From NCBI GenBank assembly GCA_964016885.1, contig OZ024742.1, forward strand, positions 150,350,001-150,414,000: a DNA stretch of 64,000 nt. The letters are read 5' to 3'. Every line of letters begins with the position of its first letter. Positions within the stretch are counted from its first letter, which is position 1. The translations under genes were made by a program, and so were the position numbers. Under the pieces are notes generated by a model. That model worked only from the letters and a program-made list of their open reading frames with translations. It did not search any database and was not told where the DNA came from. Of this stretch, positions 1 to 12,798 are shown one piece after another. This DNA is from Eledone cirrhosa (lineage: Eukaryota).

Positions 1-1157
1 TACTCACACAGACATTCATTGATACATAAATAGATTATAAATAAATTAAATTCAAAGGCAGAAAGAGCAGACAATAGTTTTATAGATAAACACAATATTC
101 TCGCCCAATGCAACCTAAGTAATAAGATAAAATTCACTGAATGACATATGTGGTAGAAATTTTAGTGTAATATAACGTTGAACTGTTATGATAGATGGTT
201 AAATGAATAATGATTATAAAACGCTGCAATTGGTCAAATTTAGCAATAGAAATATTAGTACTTTGGAAACGAAAATAATTTTAGTTCAATGTGTTTTGAA
301 GAACAGTTACTGTTGCGAGTGATTCTCAAAACCAGCGGGTGGCATTTATAAATTAAATGCTCCAGAGACTTTACTGTTATGGTATAATCATTACATGCAC
401 CATTCCGCAAACAAGACGCTCTGTAAATCAAATGATATAACTATTTCATTTTATACGAGCCAATAAAAGGAACCTCGCACATGATCGCTCGATATGCTAG
501 AAATAGCAGACACATCTTTCTTAAACCACATTATCTTTAGAATAATGGAAGGATATATGGGATAATTTAGTCTGAGATAAATTGTTTTTTTCTATCAAGC
601 ATATGTCTGCTGTGCCAGGCAGAGCTGGGGCAAAACAACAATTACCGCTTTTGGTATTCATATTAATTTCAACTCCACGTTGTACATACACTATGCATAT
701 TAATCTATCCTTCCCCATTCCACCTGCTTCATTGACACGTTTGCTCAGTCACCAAGAGAAAAATAACTCTAATATATCCAATCCAACAAAGTGACAGGAC
801 TTTTCTGTGTCCCTGCCATTACCTATAAGCAATGTTTTCCAGGCCTTATTACAACCCTCAATACGTCCCCCCAAACGTTCCCTCTCTAAAGATATCTTTA
901 GTAATATATGGAAAAATACAGCAGTGCGCCTCATTCTAAAAGATGATCATCTTTCTGATCTCGACAAGTACGAAATGTCAAATATTCCGAAACTTATCAT
1001 GCACAATCACTATCTTCGTTACATTACGACACTTCCTCTTCAAAATAGAATCCGATCTGAATATATCTCTCCTACAACAGTTCTTTCTGCTCTACAAAAA
1101 AGATGTCTGTTGTGACACAGGATAAGAGAATCTCTATACCTTTCAAAGTAAAATATT

Positions 1158-1300
1158 GTGAGCAACTAAGACTTCTGGGTCAAAGTCAAGCAGAAACCCA
1201 AGGGTAAACAAACCACAAAGCAAGTACAAATGGACAGGCCACACGTTAACAAGACTAGAGGGATGCTTGGCAAAATGAATATTAGAACGGGAGCGCAGAA
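1158..1300 (+). mobile_element. Highly decayed 3' fragment of an RTE-like non-LTR retrotransposon
   Basis: Manual translation across a frameshift gives VSN*DFWVKVKQKP...KYKWTGHTLTRLEGCLAK*ILE, resembling the RTE/RTE-X C-terminal pattern ISNxxLWxxxxQxP...KWxWxGHTLR. Confidence 0.5.
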
Positions 1301-2884
1301 CACCTCAGGTTTACCGAGCACAGAATTGACGGAGATAATCACATGTTTTCCCTTATAAGATAGGATACTAAACTGAACTAGATGTTAACAATTCTGTTGT
1401 TAGAGGTGAATTCGAAAGAGTTTATTCATAACAATATATACAATTAGAAATGTTTTGTTTGCCGTTATATGATGTTACCCGCAACTCCGAACTGAAATAT
1501 GTTAACTTGATTACTGCAGGATTTACAACACAACAGGCACTCAGATGATTTAGTTGGATAACCGAGACTTCATCTATTTGTAATCTACGTTCTGTCTATG
1601 TCCTAGTTAATTATTTGGCTGCCTAGTTGAGAATAGGTAACATAGCGCGATACAGTTGTGGTGTAAACCACGGTGGACCTCTAAAATGTATGCATGTTTC
1701 GTTTGCTAGTAGTTTTGGGAAGTAGCTCTTTAATATATGCCAAATGCACTATAGCATCTAGGTATCATCTACGTGGTCATTTGCCCTGGCAAAAATAGCA
1801 ATCAGATCGCTTTCAAACCACAACCTACCACTTTTAAACACAGATGAAAAGTGTACTGACCTGACTGAAGCTAGATATTTGGCTATCCTATGCATACGCT
1901 TATCAGTAGCTTTTAGTCTTGAAATGCTTAAGGCTTTTTCATTAAGTTATGTGGTGTCTATTACAAGATCCAATATACTATGAAAAGATGAAACACATTT
2001 CGAATATATTTTACAATGAGAACTGTTTTATGCAGTTTAGATAATGCCAGTAATTATAAACTTGAACAGATTTATTCACTTAAAAAGTGACTTTATACTC
2101 AGGTTAGGTATAATAGACAGCCGTTACAGGTTTTTCTAGTAACTGTGGAAGAAAACTCAGAGGAGACAGTTCATAATTAACTTACTGACAAAGCAATAGG
2201 GCCGTATTACAATATGTCACCTCTTTAAACGTTTAATAAGACAAAACTTCCATTCACTTGATTTACATAAACAGAAAATCTTGAGAACATTCACACACTC
2301 CAAAGTAAAATATAAAACGTAGAAAACATCAATATAGTGAGCACTTTCCCATTGCAGATTTACTTAGAGATAAAATTAACAAATTTGATTTGCACAATAA
2401 ACGCATTCTAGAATGATCAAACAACCCTATCAACAATTATATTCTAACTAAAAATAATGGAATTATATAAAAATTATATCAAATTAGAATACTTTAAAAC
2501 ATATAAATGATAATATTGTATAGCCTGAGATGTTGTGGGTTGGGAAATAGAAAGTGGTGATATTCATAGTTTGCATAAATATTGTGATTACGAACTTCGA
2601 AATCAGGTTATGGACAAATAATTCGTGTTCTGGGGGTTTCACCAATTCTATTAAGTAGATTTTAGATTTCACTCATAATTTCTAAACATTTTTAAACGGA
2701 AAAGGAAGAGAAATGCAGGGGCTCTGGGGTCATAGAAGAATGGTGGATGAAGTGGGAGGGTGAAGCGCTCTGGACCTAGGGTGCGGTGATATTGGAGCTG
2801 CGCCCCGCGGACAATAGCCAGTGGCACCCACTGCAACAGCCACCCCACTTCTCGAGGTTCCTTCCTTAGACGGGCTGCAGACGT

Positions 2885-3020
<136 letters not shown>

Positions 3021-3401
3021 AATACGACAGAGAACAAATACCTGTGAGGTCCCCAGCCAGGACTGAAACACTGCCTAGGTCAAAACAATTATAGGGTGCT
3101 GCAACAATTAGGTTAGCGATTTAAAGACTTTCCTCTCACTGTTTCTCACACATACATTTGTGTAGGTGTGGGTATGGGATTAAATGTGTTTGGAAGATAT
3201 GAAATGAATTTCTGATTGGGTGCTTTCACCTTTTAGTTTATTATAAATACCTGAAATAAACACGTAAATAGATATTCAGACATATTTAAAACCAAAAATA
3301 TTTTTAGAGTACCATTTCGTTGTCTGGACGTGATAGTCTAAAGAATTCTTATATTAAAAAAAAAAGTCAGAGTATTTGCTTAACGTCCTCCAGCTATTAG
3401 C

Positions 3402-3404
<3 letters not shown>

Positions 3405-3498
<94 letters not shown>

Positions 3499-3500
3499 CG
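3405..3500. repeat. (TG)n microsatellite
   Basis: Direct reading. Confidence 0.98.
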
Positions 3501-3768
3501 CGTTCATATAAGCAGAAATCAATTTTGCCAAAGAATTAGGTTACAGACAGATGACTTTCATAATATTTATTTTATCGATTTATAAGAAATAAAAATCCAA
3601 GTTGACCGTGAAGTGATTTGGACTAAAAACAGTAAATATAGTACGACACAACTAAACAATCATGCTCTCTCATCTATCGATAATCCCTACAGCTAAGGTT
3701 GATAGTCAAATGAAGAAACATTATTGTAAAATACAAATATACTTATTATTGGATCATCTGTTTTATTC

Positions 3769-3927
3769 AGGTGGCGACTTGGCAGAGTCACTAGAACATC
3801 GGATAGGATTATTTGCGGTATTCGGCCCGGTTATCTGCACTCTAAATTTAAATCCCACAGAGGCCAACATTGCTTTTCATCCTTTCGAGGTCGATAAATA
3901 ATGTACCTGTCAAGTACTGAGGTCGAT
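3769..3927 (+). mobile_element. tRNA-derived SINE, family A (diverged copy)
   Basis: GGCGACTTGGCAGAGTC head and TTGCTTTTCATCCTTTCGAGGTCGATAAA body; homologous to copies at 44117, 55390 and 60071. Confidence 0.75.
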
Positions 3928-4504
3928 TATTTATTCAGCTCTTTTCCTAACTCTTCTCTCTATATATAGCTCTCTATTTCTCTGGAAGAAATCGGCTTTG
4001 TTCAGGCCGAAAGAGGAATGGGTTCCGCCGATTACGTTTCGACGGTGCCCCTACAACTTCGAGTAAAGAGAGCATGCATGCATCTGTTCTATTCACTTCA
4101 TGAATATTAGTTTCTCATTACTAGATATTTGTCGATAAAAGCGAATATATAAATAAATAACTTTCAGTAGGTAATTGTCGTACATTTTGTTTATGAGTAC
4201 TTGCTACCAATCAGGACATAAATATTGATTTGATTAGACATTTTCTTCAGTTTTCTTTCGATACACTATTGTCGAGTGAAATTAGTGGTGTGCAATGTCC
4301 TTATTTCACATACAACAGTGCATTAGAAATATCATATAAACTCATGGCTTTTACTTTAAACAAGTAACTGAAACGATATTCAATCGACCTGAGCTGTATC
4401 TCGCATTCTGCATGGAGACTTGTTTTAAAATATGCAATGAAGACGTTAAAATGAAGAATATGATCTTCTACATGAACTGGAAAGGTTTGCTTTACAACAG
4501 GAAT

Positions 4505-4848
4505 AAAAATCAGTGTTTCCAAGACTGAAACGCTCATCCTGCGCAGTGCATTCATGCCTCTGGAACTCCACTGAAGCAGGTGGAGAAGATGATGTATCTC
4601 AGGGCCATATTCACGAGCGATGGAGGGCAAGAGGCTAAATTAAGTGCAAGAATTGCAGGAGCTGCTGCAGTAATGCGCCAGCTTCAGCATTCGGTAATCA
4701 GAAGAAGGGAGGTAGGTATCAAAGCCAAACTCGCTATCTTCAATTCAGCATTTGTGCCAACTCTTACCAATGATCATGAATCTTCAACAAAGACCGAAAT
4801 AATACCATCGCGAATATAGGCGGTCGAAATGGGGTTCCTCCGATGGGA
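4505..4848 (+). mobile_element. RTE-clade LINE fragment (Rex3/Expander-like RT C-terminal region)
   Basis: LKQVEKMMYLRAIFTSDG...ARIAGAAAVMRQLQHSVIRRREVGIKAKLAIFNSAFVPTLT...SRI*AVEMGFLR matches the RTE pattern FKYLGxxFTSxG...RIGAASAVMR...KAKLSIY...VPTLTYGHE...IQAAEMxFLR. Confidence 0.8.
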
Positions 4849-5377
4849 AATGAATTGGAATAGGACAGAACGGTATTTTGACAAAGCTTGTTGATTTCTT
4901 CGTTGCCTTATGTAGATAATAGAGAGATAAAGTTCCATTTAATAGCCTTGTTAGTACAAAAGTGTTCCATGTATATAATTTTAAAAAATACAGCACATAA
5001 AATTCATGTCATTAGATTAAGTTGATCAAAATTAACCATTTGTAATCAGTATAGAAAGTGTTAAAAGGTGGAAATATATAGGTATGTTTCTAAAATAGTG
5101 AAATCTTAAATCGAGACAAGATAGTTACGACTAATAGGTCTTTGCGTATATGCCCGCTCAGTAGAATCCAGGGGCGAAAGAACATTAAAAATATATGACT
5201 ATAAATGAATGTTTTCGTTAACAGAGGTTTAGAGAAATGAGATTATCCGATGTTCATAATTTTCTCAAATGAAGATTCGATAAGAATCATAGTATATCAA
5301 TATATCTTTACGCTGGTAAAGATATATTGCCCAAGTATAACTCACCGATGTTACAAACATTAGCCACTCTCATTACA

Positions 5378-5590
5378 TTACAAGAAATTGCAGTTGTTTA
5401 CTCTTAAGTCGGCACTGACTGAACAGACATAAGGTCAAAGATAATCCAGATGCAAACACTTCTATTTTTCTATGTATAAGTGTATCGGAATATATGATAT
5501 AAGGCCCTCCTTTTTTAAAACGGTATGGTCTGATTTGGGAAAGATTTAGCTCCTGTTCCTAGCAATACGAATGACCACATGGAGGTTCCT
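5378..5590 (-). repeat. Decayed interspersed repeat (GCTAGAAATAGCAG..AAATCT family)
   Basis: Reverse complement resembles + strand remnants at about 470-520 and 1773-1840. Confidence 0.45.
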
Positions 5591-5817
5591 TCTATGTGGT
5601 TTGCTGTTTAATAATCGATCTGCCATTTTGTTGTAGATGTACAATTCTACCATGTTAAACAACAACAAAAAAGCCCTCCAAACCCCTGCAAATTAAATAT
5701 TAATTTCTTAATTAATCACATTCAGACTAGATAACTCAAGGCAAAGCTAACACGAGAATATGTGACATAAATGTTTTTATAAAAAGAAATGAAGTAATAT
5801 AGTCAGAACTTGGATTA

Positions 5818-6387
5818 AAGATCAATTTCGGGTTTCGGAAGGTATGTCTGTGTTGGTATAGCCGGGTCTTGAAGTCACATGCGGTTAATCCTATATAAGC
5901 TTTGTTGGAGGTGTCCGTGCTCACGTTGCACTGGTAGATCACATTACGATCTCTGCATCTGTTGTCGAGGGGGCAAATGAATCCATCAGGACAGTTGCAC
6001 CTCCTGGTCGGCCCTCCACTGCTATTTAGGTTATTTCTTCCATAGGGGTTGAGTTTTTTGTTGATAGAGGAGACGATGTTTTGTGCAAAGTTTGGTGTGG
6101 TGCTGTAGGAGAGTTTGATGGTATTTTTGTTAATTATGTTGTGGTAGCGGTATTGTAGTGGGAAGTGTTTTTCAATGAGCATAAAGAAGATTTTCCCGAT
6201 AAGGGTTGTCACCTCGGCGTTGTGGGGAGGATTGAACCATGTTACATTGCGTGAGCGGCAGTGTCGCCTGCTGGTTCCGCTAATGGAAGCTGGACAGTAG
6301 GATATTTCCTCCCGGAAACCACTCCGCTTGAGGGCCTGGTTGTAATAAGGCGCATGTTCCTCGAATATCTGCTCATTAGCGGACAAA

Positions 6388-6388
<1 letters not shown>
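5818..6388 (-). mobile_element. Penelope-like element fragment: RT thumb, Cys-rich linker and N-terminal half of the GIY-YIG endonuclease (Naiad-like)
   Basis: ORF 5736..6386 carries APYYNQALKRSGF, WFNPP, KHFP, KLSYS, CNC-x4-CPL-x3-C and VIY...YIG...FKTRLYQH; it abuts (TA)n at 6389. Confidence 0.88.
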
Positions 6389-6479
<91 letters not shown>

Positions 6480-6482
<3 letters not shown>

Positions 6483-6696
6483 CGTGTGGCTGAGTGGTTA
6501 GAGAATTGGATTCGCAATCGTTAGGTGGTAAGTTCGATCCTCGGACCGGACGATGCGTTATGTCCTTGAGCAAGACACTTTATTTCACGTTGCTCCTTCT
6601 AGCTGGAGTTGCAGCCGATAGATAGTACTAGCAATTGGAAAGACCAATGGAAGCATTGTTTCCTCGGTCCGATTTGACGAAAGTCGATCGTTCCTG
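6480..6696 (+). mobile_element. tRNA-derived CORE-like SINE, family B
   Basis: A box TGGCTGAGTGG, B box GTTCGATCC, then TGTCCTTGAGCAAGACACTT (CORE-like); flanked by TA-rich microsatellite; three further copies in the window. Confidence 0.85.
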
Positions 6697-6992
6697 ATAT
6701 ATATATATATGCATATATATATACATATATATACATATACATATATATACATATATATACACATATATATACATATATATATACATATACATATATATAT
6801 ACATATACATACATATACATATACATATATATACATATACATATATATACATATAAATATATATACATATATATACATATACATATATATACATATATAT
6901 ACATATATATACATATACATACATATATATACATATACATATATATATATATATATATACACATATATATATACATATATATATACATATAC

Positions 6993-7033
<41 letters not shown>

Positions 7034-7102
7034 TATATACATATACATATATATACATATACATATACATATATATACATACATATACATATATACATAT
7101 AC

Positions 7103-7136
<34 letters not shown>

Positions 7137-7417
7137 ATATACATATATATATATATAAACATATATATATACATATAAATATACATATACATATATATAC
7201 ATATATATATATATACATATATATATACATATACATATATACATATACATATACATATATACATATATATATACATATACATATATATATACATATACAT
7301 ATATATATACATATACATAAATATACATATACATATATATACATATACATATACATATATATACACATATATATACATATATATATATACATATATATAT
7401 ATACATATATATATATA
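6697..7417. repeat. Compound (TA)n/(TACA) microsatellite
   Basis: Direct reading. Confidence 0.97.
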
Positions 7418-7519
7418 TTTCGTTTCTGAATTTGTTTAGCAAGATTTTTTATCTGAAATCGTGTGTTGAAACCGATATTGTTATACTTTGGGAGGGTGAT
7501 GTTGCCAATAAGAAACACA

Positions 7520-7522
<3 letters not shown>
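7418..7522 (-). mobile_element. Terminal fragment of the PLE pseudo-LTR of the 41844-42955 family
   Basis: Near-identical to the reverse complement of 42850-42955. Confidence 0.85.
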
Positions 7523-7581
<59 letters not shown>

Positions 7582-7868
7582 TATATATATATATGCATAT
7601 ATATATATATGTATATATATATATGCATATATATATATGCATATATATATATGCATATATATATATGCATATATATATGCATATATATATGCATATATAT
7701 ATGTATATATGCATATATATATATGCATATATATATATGCATATATATATGTATATATATATGTATATATGCATATATATGCATATATATATGCATATAT
7801 ATATGCATATATATATATGCATATATATGCACATATATAAATATATATATGCATATATATATATATAT
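7523..7868. repeat. (TA)n with TGCA interruptions
   Basis: Direct reading. Confidence 0.97.
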
Positions 7869-7921
7869 AAATTCATAAAGTAATGAATAAACAAAGAAAC
7901 AGTTCCTTATATTAAAAAAAT

Positions 7922-8063
7922 TCATCATTTTACGATCGTTTCTAGGATATATATGTGTTTGTGTTAGTATGCATATTCTATAGATCTATGTTAAATATTT
8001 ATACAAACTATCAGAGGGAATATACATACCTACACATATATATGCTGTCTTCAGAAATAATGA
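7922..8063 (-). ncRNA. Type I hammerhead ribozyme with long stem II
   Basis: Minus strand: TCATTATTT-CTGAAGA-[about 105 nt, includes ATATATATGTGT/ACACATATATAT]-GAAAC-GATC-GTA-AAATGATGA; 9-bp stem I; palindromic stem III ACGATCGT. Confidence 0.75.
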
Positions 8064-8505
8064 TATTTGTTTATTGAAAAGAACAAAGATTTAATACAAT
8101 AGGTCTGTTTGGGAACAGGTTTTGAATTGACCAATAGAGAGATAGTGAAGGTCAAAATAGTAATCTAGTAGTAAAAGAACCTTAATTTATGGGTAGAGGA
8201 AGGTAGATTTCAGTTTTGGATGGAAAAGAATATTATGAATGAAAGATTATTTTAGGGATGAAATAGGTCGTATGTTGACCTCAGAAATAATTATATTTGT
8301 TCATTGAATAAAACCAACAAAGATTTGATATAGTCTGTCTGTTTGGTAACAGGTTTAGAATTAACCAATAGAAAGTTAATAATTGGCCAAATGTTAAAAT
8401 AGTAGTAATTGAAGTTTATTTTAGGGGTAGATGAAGGTAGATTTCAGTTTTGAATGGAGTGTGGAGAATGAGAAGGTTACTTTAGGGGTGAAAATAGGTC
8501 AGGTC
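8051..8505. repeat. Diverged tandem duplication of about 230 bp next to the hammerhead (probably an old PLE terminal region)
   Basis: TCAGAAATAAT..ATATTTGTT begins at both 8051 and 8281, with colinear similarity. Confidence 0.7.
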
Positions 8506-8763
8506 AGTAAAAGGTATACGAACAGTTGCTGTTATAAAACAGTAATGCCAATGCAAATATCTAAGGAGACTAAAATGTTACGATAAGAGTGTTAGTGAAA
8601 AAAATACATCCATGAAAAGAATATAAATTAATTTAATTGATGGGTATATTTATATTGATAAAATTATACTAATGCATATAGATATGATAAATAAGAGTTA
8701 GATGTAGTTGAAATGTGCTGTTAAAGATGAGGGGAAATATGCATATATATATATGCAAATATA

Positions 8764-11700
8764 TGTCCTGGGTATGACATTAAACTACATCCAGTGGCAA
8801 GGCTCCAGTTCTGGAGTTCAGGAGTTGTGGGGAATGTGGAGTTACCCCTTAGTTGTCTTGACTCCCAGGTCTGCCCTGGCCCGGGGTAGTAGTACCTGTT
8901 AGGGCTCCATTTATGGTTTAAAATGTCCTGGGTATGACATTAAACTACATCCAGTGGCAAGGCTCCAGTTCGGGAGTTTAGGAGTTGTGGGGAATGTGGA
9001 GTTACCCCTTAGTTGTCATGAGTCCCAGGTCTGCCCTTGCCTGGGGTAGTAGTACCTGTTAGGGCTCCATTTTGGGGTTAAATAACTACCTTATTCGAGT
9101 GGCGCCGGTAAGGTATTGTCAGCCATTGAAAAGAAATATGGAGAGTCGATCTAACAGCACTAGGGTTAGAGCCCCTAATTATACTGTCAAGGAGCAGCCT
9201 GGTCGTTATGACTCTGCTGGCTTAGAGCCACAGAGAGGGCCTGTGGATGATGGATCAGCTGTATCTGAGACAAATATAAAGAATGCAGTTTTGTCCTGCA
9301 GAAGAGCCATCAAAATGGGCACTTTGAATGTGAGGACTATTCGGACACTGGAGAAGAGAGAGGAGTTGGGACATCTGTTCGAGAAGAGTGGTATACAGAT
9401 ACTTGCGATCCAAGAACACAGGATCCTACACGATGAGCCCGTAAGGAGTGTGATGATCGGGAAGAAGAGCCAGCTCATCACTACATCGGCAGTGAAGAAC
9501 ACAACAAATGCTGCAGTAGGAGGAGTGCGTTTTGTGTTCAGTGCAAAAACCAATCTATTGGTGACGGAAATAATGCCTGTCTCCCCGCGAGTGTTGAGGG
9601 TGACCTTCAATGGAAACCCAAGACTGACAGTCATCTCAGCCTATAGTCCAACCGAGGGGGACAGTGATGTGAGTGCGGAAGAGTTCCATGAGGAGGTGTG
9701 TAGAGCTGTCAACACCACTCAAGCACACACTATCCTGCTTGTTTTGGGGGACTTCAATGCACATCTGAGTAAGGAGGGCAGTGAAGATCCTTGCTGGTAC
9801 TTCCATAACAACACCAACCGAAATGGAAGACTACTGAGAGACACCCTGCTGGAGGCGAACTTGATAGTGACCAACCTAAGGTTTAGGAAGAACCTGGGGA
9901 AGATGTGGACCTACATCTCAGATATGCACCTGTCCAAGTCCCAGATTGATTTCATTCTGGTGAGGAAAAAGTGGCGGAATAGTGTTCTGAACACAGAACC
10001 ATACAACTATTTCAGTACACTGGGTAGTGACCACCGGCTTGTTATGAGTGAGGTCCGGGTGAGCTTGAGAAAGTGCAAGGCTCGGCCCGGAGAGCAATCT
10101 ATGACTGGGGAGCTTTCAAGGAAGATGATAAGCTACAGGAGAGGTTCACAGTGGAAGTGAGAAACAGGTTTAGTGCTCTGTGTGGAGAGTCAGAGGAGAG
10201 AGAGATTGGATGGACTGAGGAGAGTGTGACGAGGAGGTACGGGCACTTCACCAATGCAGTGGCGGGAGCAAGTGAAACCCTGGTGCCGAGGAAAATGAAC
10301 AAAAGGAAGCACGTCAGCTCTGCAATCCAAAACGTGTCTGAAAGCTGCCAAGGACCAATTCTATGCTGATCCTACGGAGGAGAGGATGGAGACTGTGGAG
10401 GTGATGAGGGAAGAACTCTGTACCGCTTACACTGAGGTCAGAGAGGAGGCACTGATAGAGAAGATCAGAAGTGTGGAGAGAGCGGTTGACAGATCTGGAT
10501 GTAAGGAGAGCTGGATGATCATCAACGAGATCACAGGGAGGAAGAGAAGGTGTTCGAGTCAGATCCAGGGAACGGGGCCCGAGGATAGGAAGAGGAAATG
10601 GCTAGACCATTTTAGGACCCTACTAGGAGAGCCACCCTCCACAGCCCAGAGCACTGGGGAGATCAGGCGGCTGTTTGAGGAACTGGATGTTGAGACAGAG
10701 CCCTTCACCAGAGAGGAGCTTCATAGAGCCAAGAAGAAGATCAAGGAGGGCAAGGCTCATGGAGAAGATGGAGTGGCATCAGAGGTGATGAAGAGGTGTG
10801 ATTTTGATGATATCATCCTGGGGTTCTGTAACCGGGCACTGGAAAAAGGAGTTGCCCCGAATCAGTGGAGGATCAGTAACATCGTCCCAGTGCCAAAGAA
10901 GGGAGATCTCTCTAACACCAACAACTACAGTGGGATCTCACTGAAGTCACTTGTGACAAAGACCCTCAACAGGATGATTCTTAACAGGATCCAGCGTGAG
11001 ATGGAGCAGAAGCTCAGGGACAACCAGAACGGCTTCAGAGAGGGAAGATCAACCACCAGTCACATCATGATGTTGAGGAGGATATTACAGGGAGCTAGAG
11101 CAAAGTGCCTTCCTGCGGTCATGGTTTTCATTGACTTTAGGAAGGCCTTTGATTCTGTGGACCGTTACTGCCTGATGAAGATCTTACAGGCTTATGGAAT
11201 CCCCAAGAAGATAGTGGACCTACACCAACACCAAAGCCCAAGTCATTACACCTGATGGGATGACAGAGTTCTTTGAGATACTGGATGGAGTGCTCCAGGA
11301 GATACATTGGCTCCCTACCTTTTTATCATCGTAGTGGACTACTGTATGCGCCTTGCACTGGGGAAACACCAGGACTGTCTTTACTGTAGCACCGGCTCAG
11401 AGCAGGAGAGTTAGGACGAAAAAGGTATCGGATGCTGAATTTGCCGACGACATAGTTTTGGTGATAAATACAGTGACGGAGGCAGAGGATTTGATGCGGA
11501 AGGTTGAGACTGTGTCGATGAGTGTGGGGCTGAGAATGAATGAGACTAAAACAAAATATCTGGTAGAGAATGTTGAGAAGCCAGAGGGGATCACTAATTT
11601 AGGCGGGAAGCCGCTATAATTGGTTGAGGGCTTCCTGTATTTGGGAGCAAAGATTGGGAATACGGAAGATGATGTGGTTGAGAGGAAGAGCAAAGCCTTG

Positions 11701-12058
11701 GCGGCGTGCCACAGCTTGAGATCGGTGTGGAAGTCGGACCTTCGTAAAGCCATGAAAATCCGCCTCTTCATTGCTGTAGTGGAGTCTGTGCTGCTGTATG
11801 GGTCTGAGACTTGGACATTGACCAAGAAACTCACTCAGATGGTGGATGGGTGCTACCCGAGAATGCTCAGGATGGCTCTGAACATTAATCAGTATACAAT
11901 GAGGATGAAAAACTCAGAGCTGTATGGGAGCATCCCAAAAGTCAGCTCAAAAGTGACACAGAGGAGACTGAGGTAAGCTGGACATGGCAGCGATAATGAG
12001 GGACAGAGCCCGCTGGAGAGAACTCGTCCATGGATCTCGGGAATTTTACCCGCCTTAG
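8764..12058 (+). mobile_element. Near-full-length non-LTR retrotransposon (RTE-X/RTE-like), disrupted
   Basis: 5' UTR followed by APE endonuclease and RT coding pieces; ends in an A run and (TA)n. Confidence 0.93.
9138..11976 (+). pseudogene. APE endonuclease-reverse transcriptase ORF with several frameshifts and stops
   Basis: APE motifs GTLNVRT, IQEHR, AYSPT, LGDFNA, SQIDF, SDHRLV; RT motifs PVPKKGD, QNGFREGRST, FIDFRKAFDS, DTLAPYLF, FADDI, FLYLG, ESVLLYGSETW spread over different frames. Confidence 0.92.
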
Positions 12059-12065
12059 AAAAAAA

Positions 12066-12105
12066 ATATATGCATATATATATATATGCATATATATATA
12101 TATGC

Positions 12106-12176
<71 letters not shown>

Positions 12177-12363
12177 TATATATATATATATATATATATG
12201 CATATATATATATGCATATATATATATATATATATATATGCATATATATATGCATATATATATGCATATATATATATATATATATATACATATATATATG
12301 CATATATATATATATATATATATACATATATATGCATATATATATATATATGCATATATATGC

Positions 12364-12394
<31 letters not shown>

Positions 12395-12504
12395 TTTGCA
12401 TATATATATATATATATATACATATATATGCATATATATATATATATATATACATATATATGCATATATATATATATATATATGCATATATATATATATA
12501 TATA

Positions 12505-12568
<64 letters not shown>

Positions 12569-12666
12569 TATATATATATATATATATATATATGCATATA
12601 TATATGCATATATATATATATATATATATATGCATATATATATATATATATATATGCATATATATA

Positions 12667-12720
<54 letters not shown>

Positions 12721-12728
12721 TATATATA

Positions 12729-12791
<63 letters not shown>
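12066..12791. repeat. (TA)n with TGCA interruptions
   Basis: Direct reading. Confidence 0.97.

Positions 12792-12798
<7 letters not shown>

Noticed and set aside
521-1125. Short ORFs of 60-102 aa
   Set aside because: No recognisable motifs; probably decayed transposon or neutral sequence.
6480-6550. tRNA gene
   Set aside because: A and B boxes are present but continue into a SINE body repeated four times; no clean cloverleaf or pol III terminator.
9206-11834. Minus-strand ORFs of 142 and 145 aa
   Set aside because: Antisense shadows of the LINE coding sequence.
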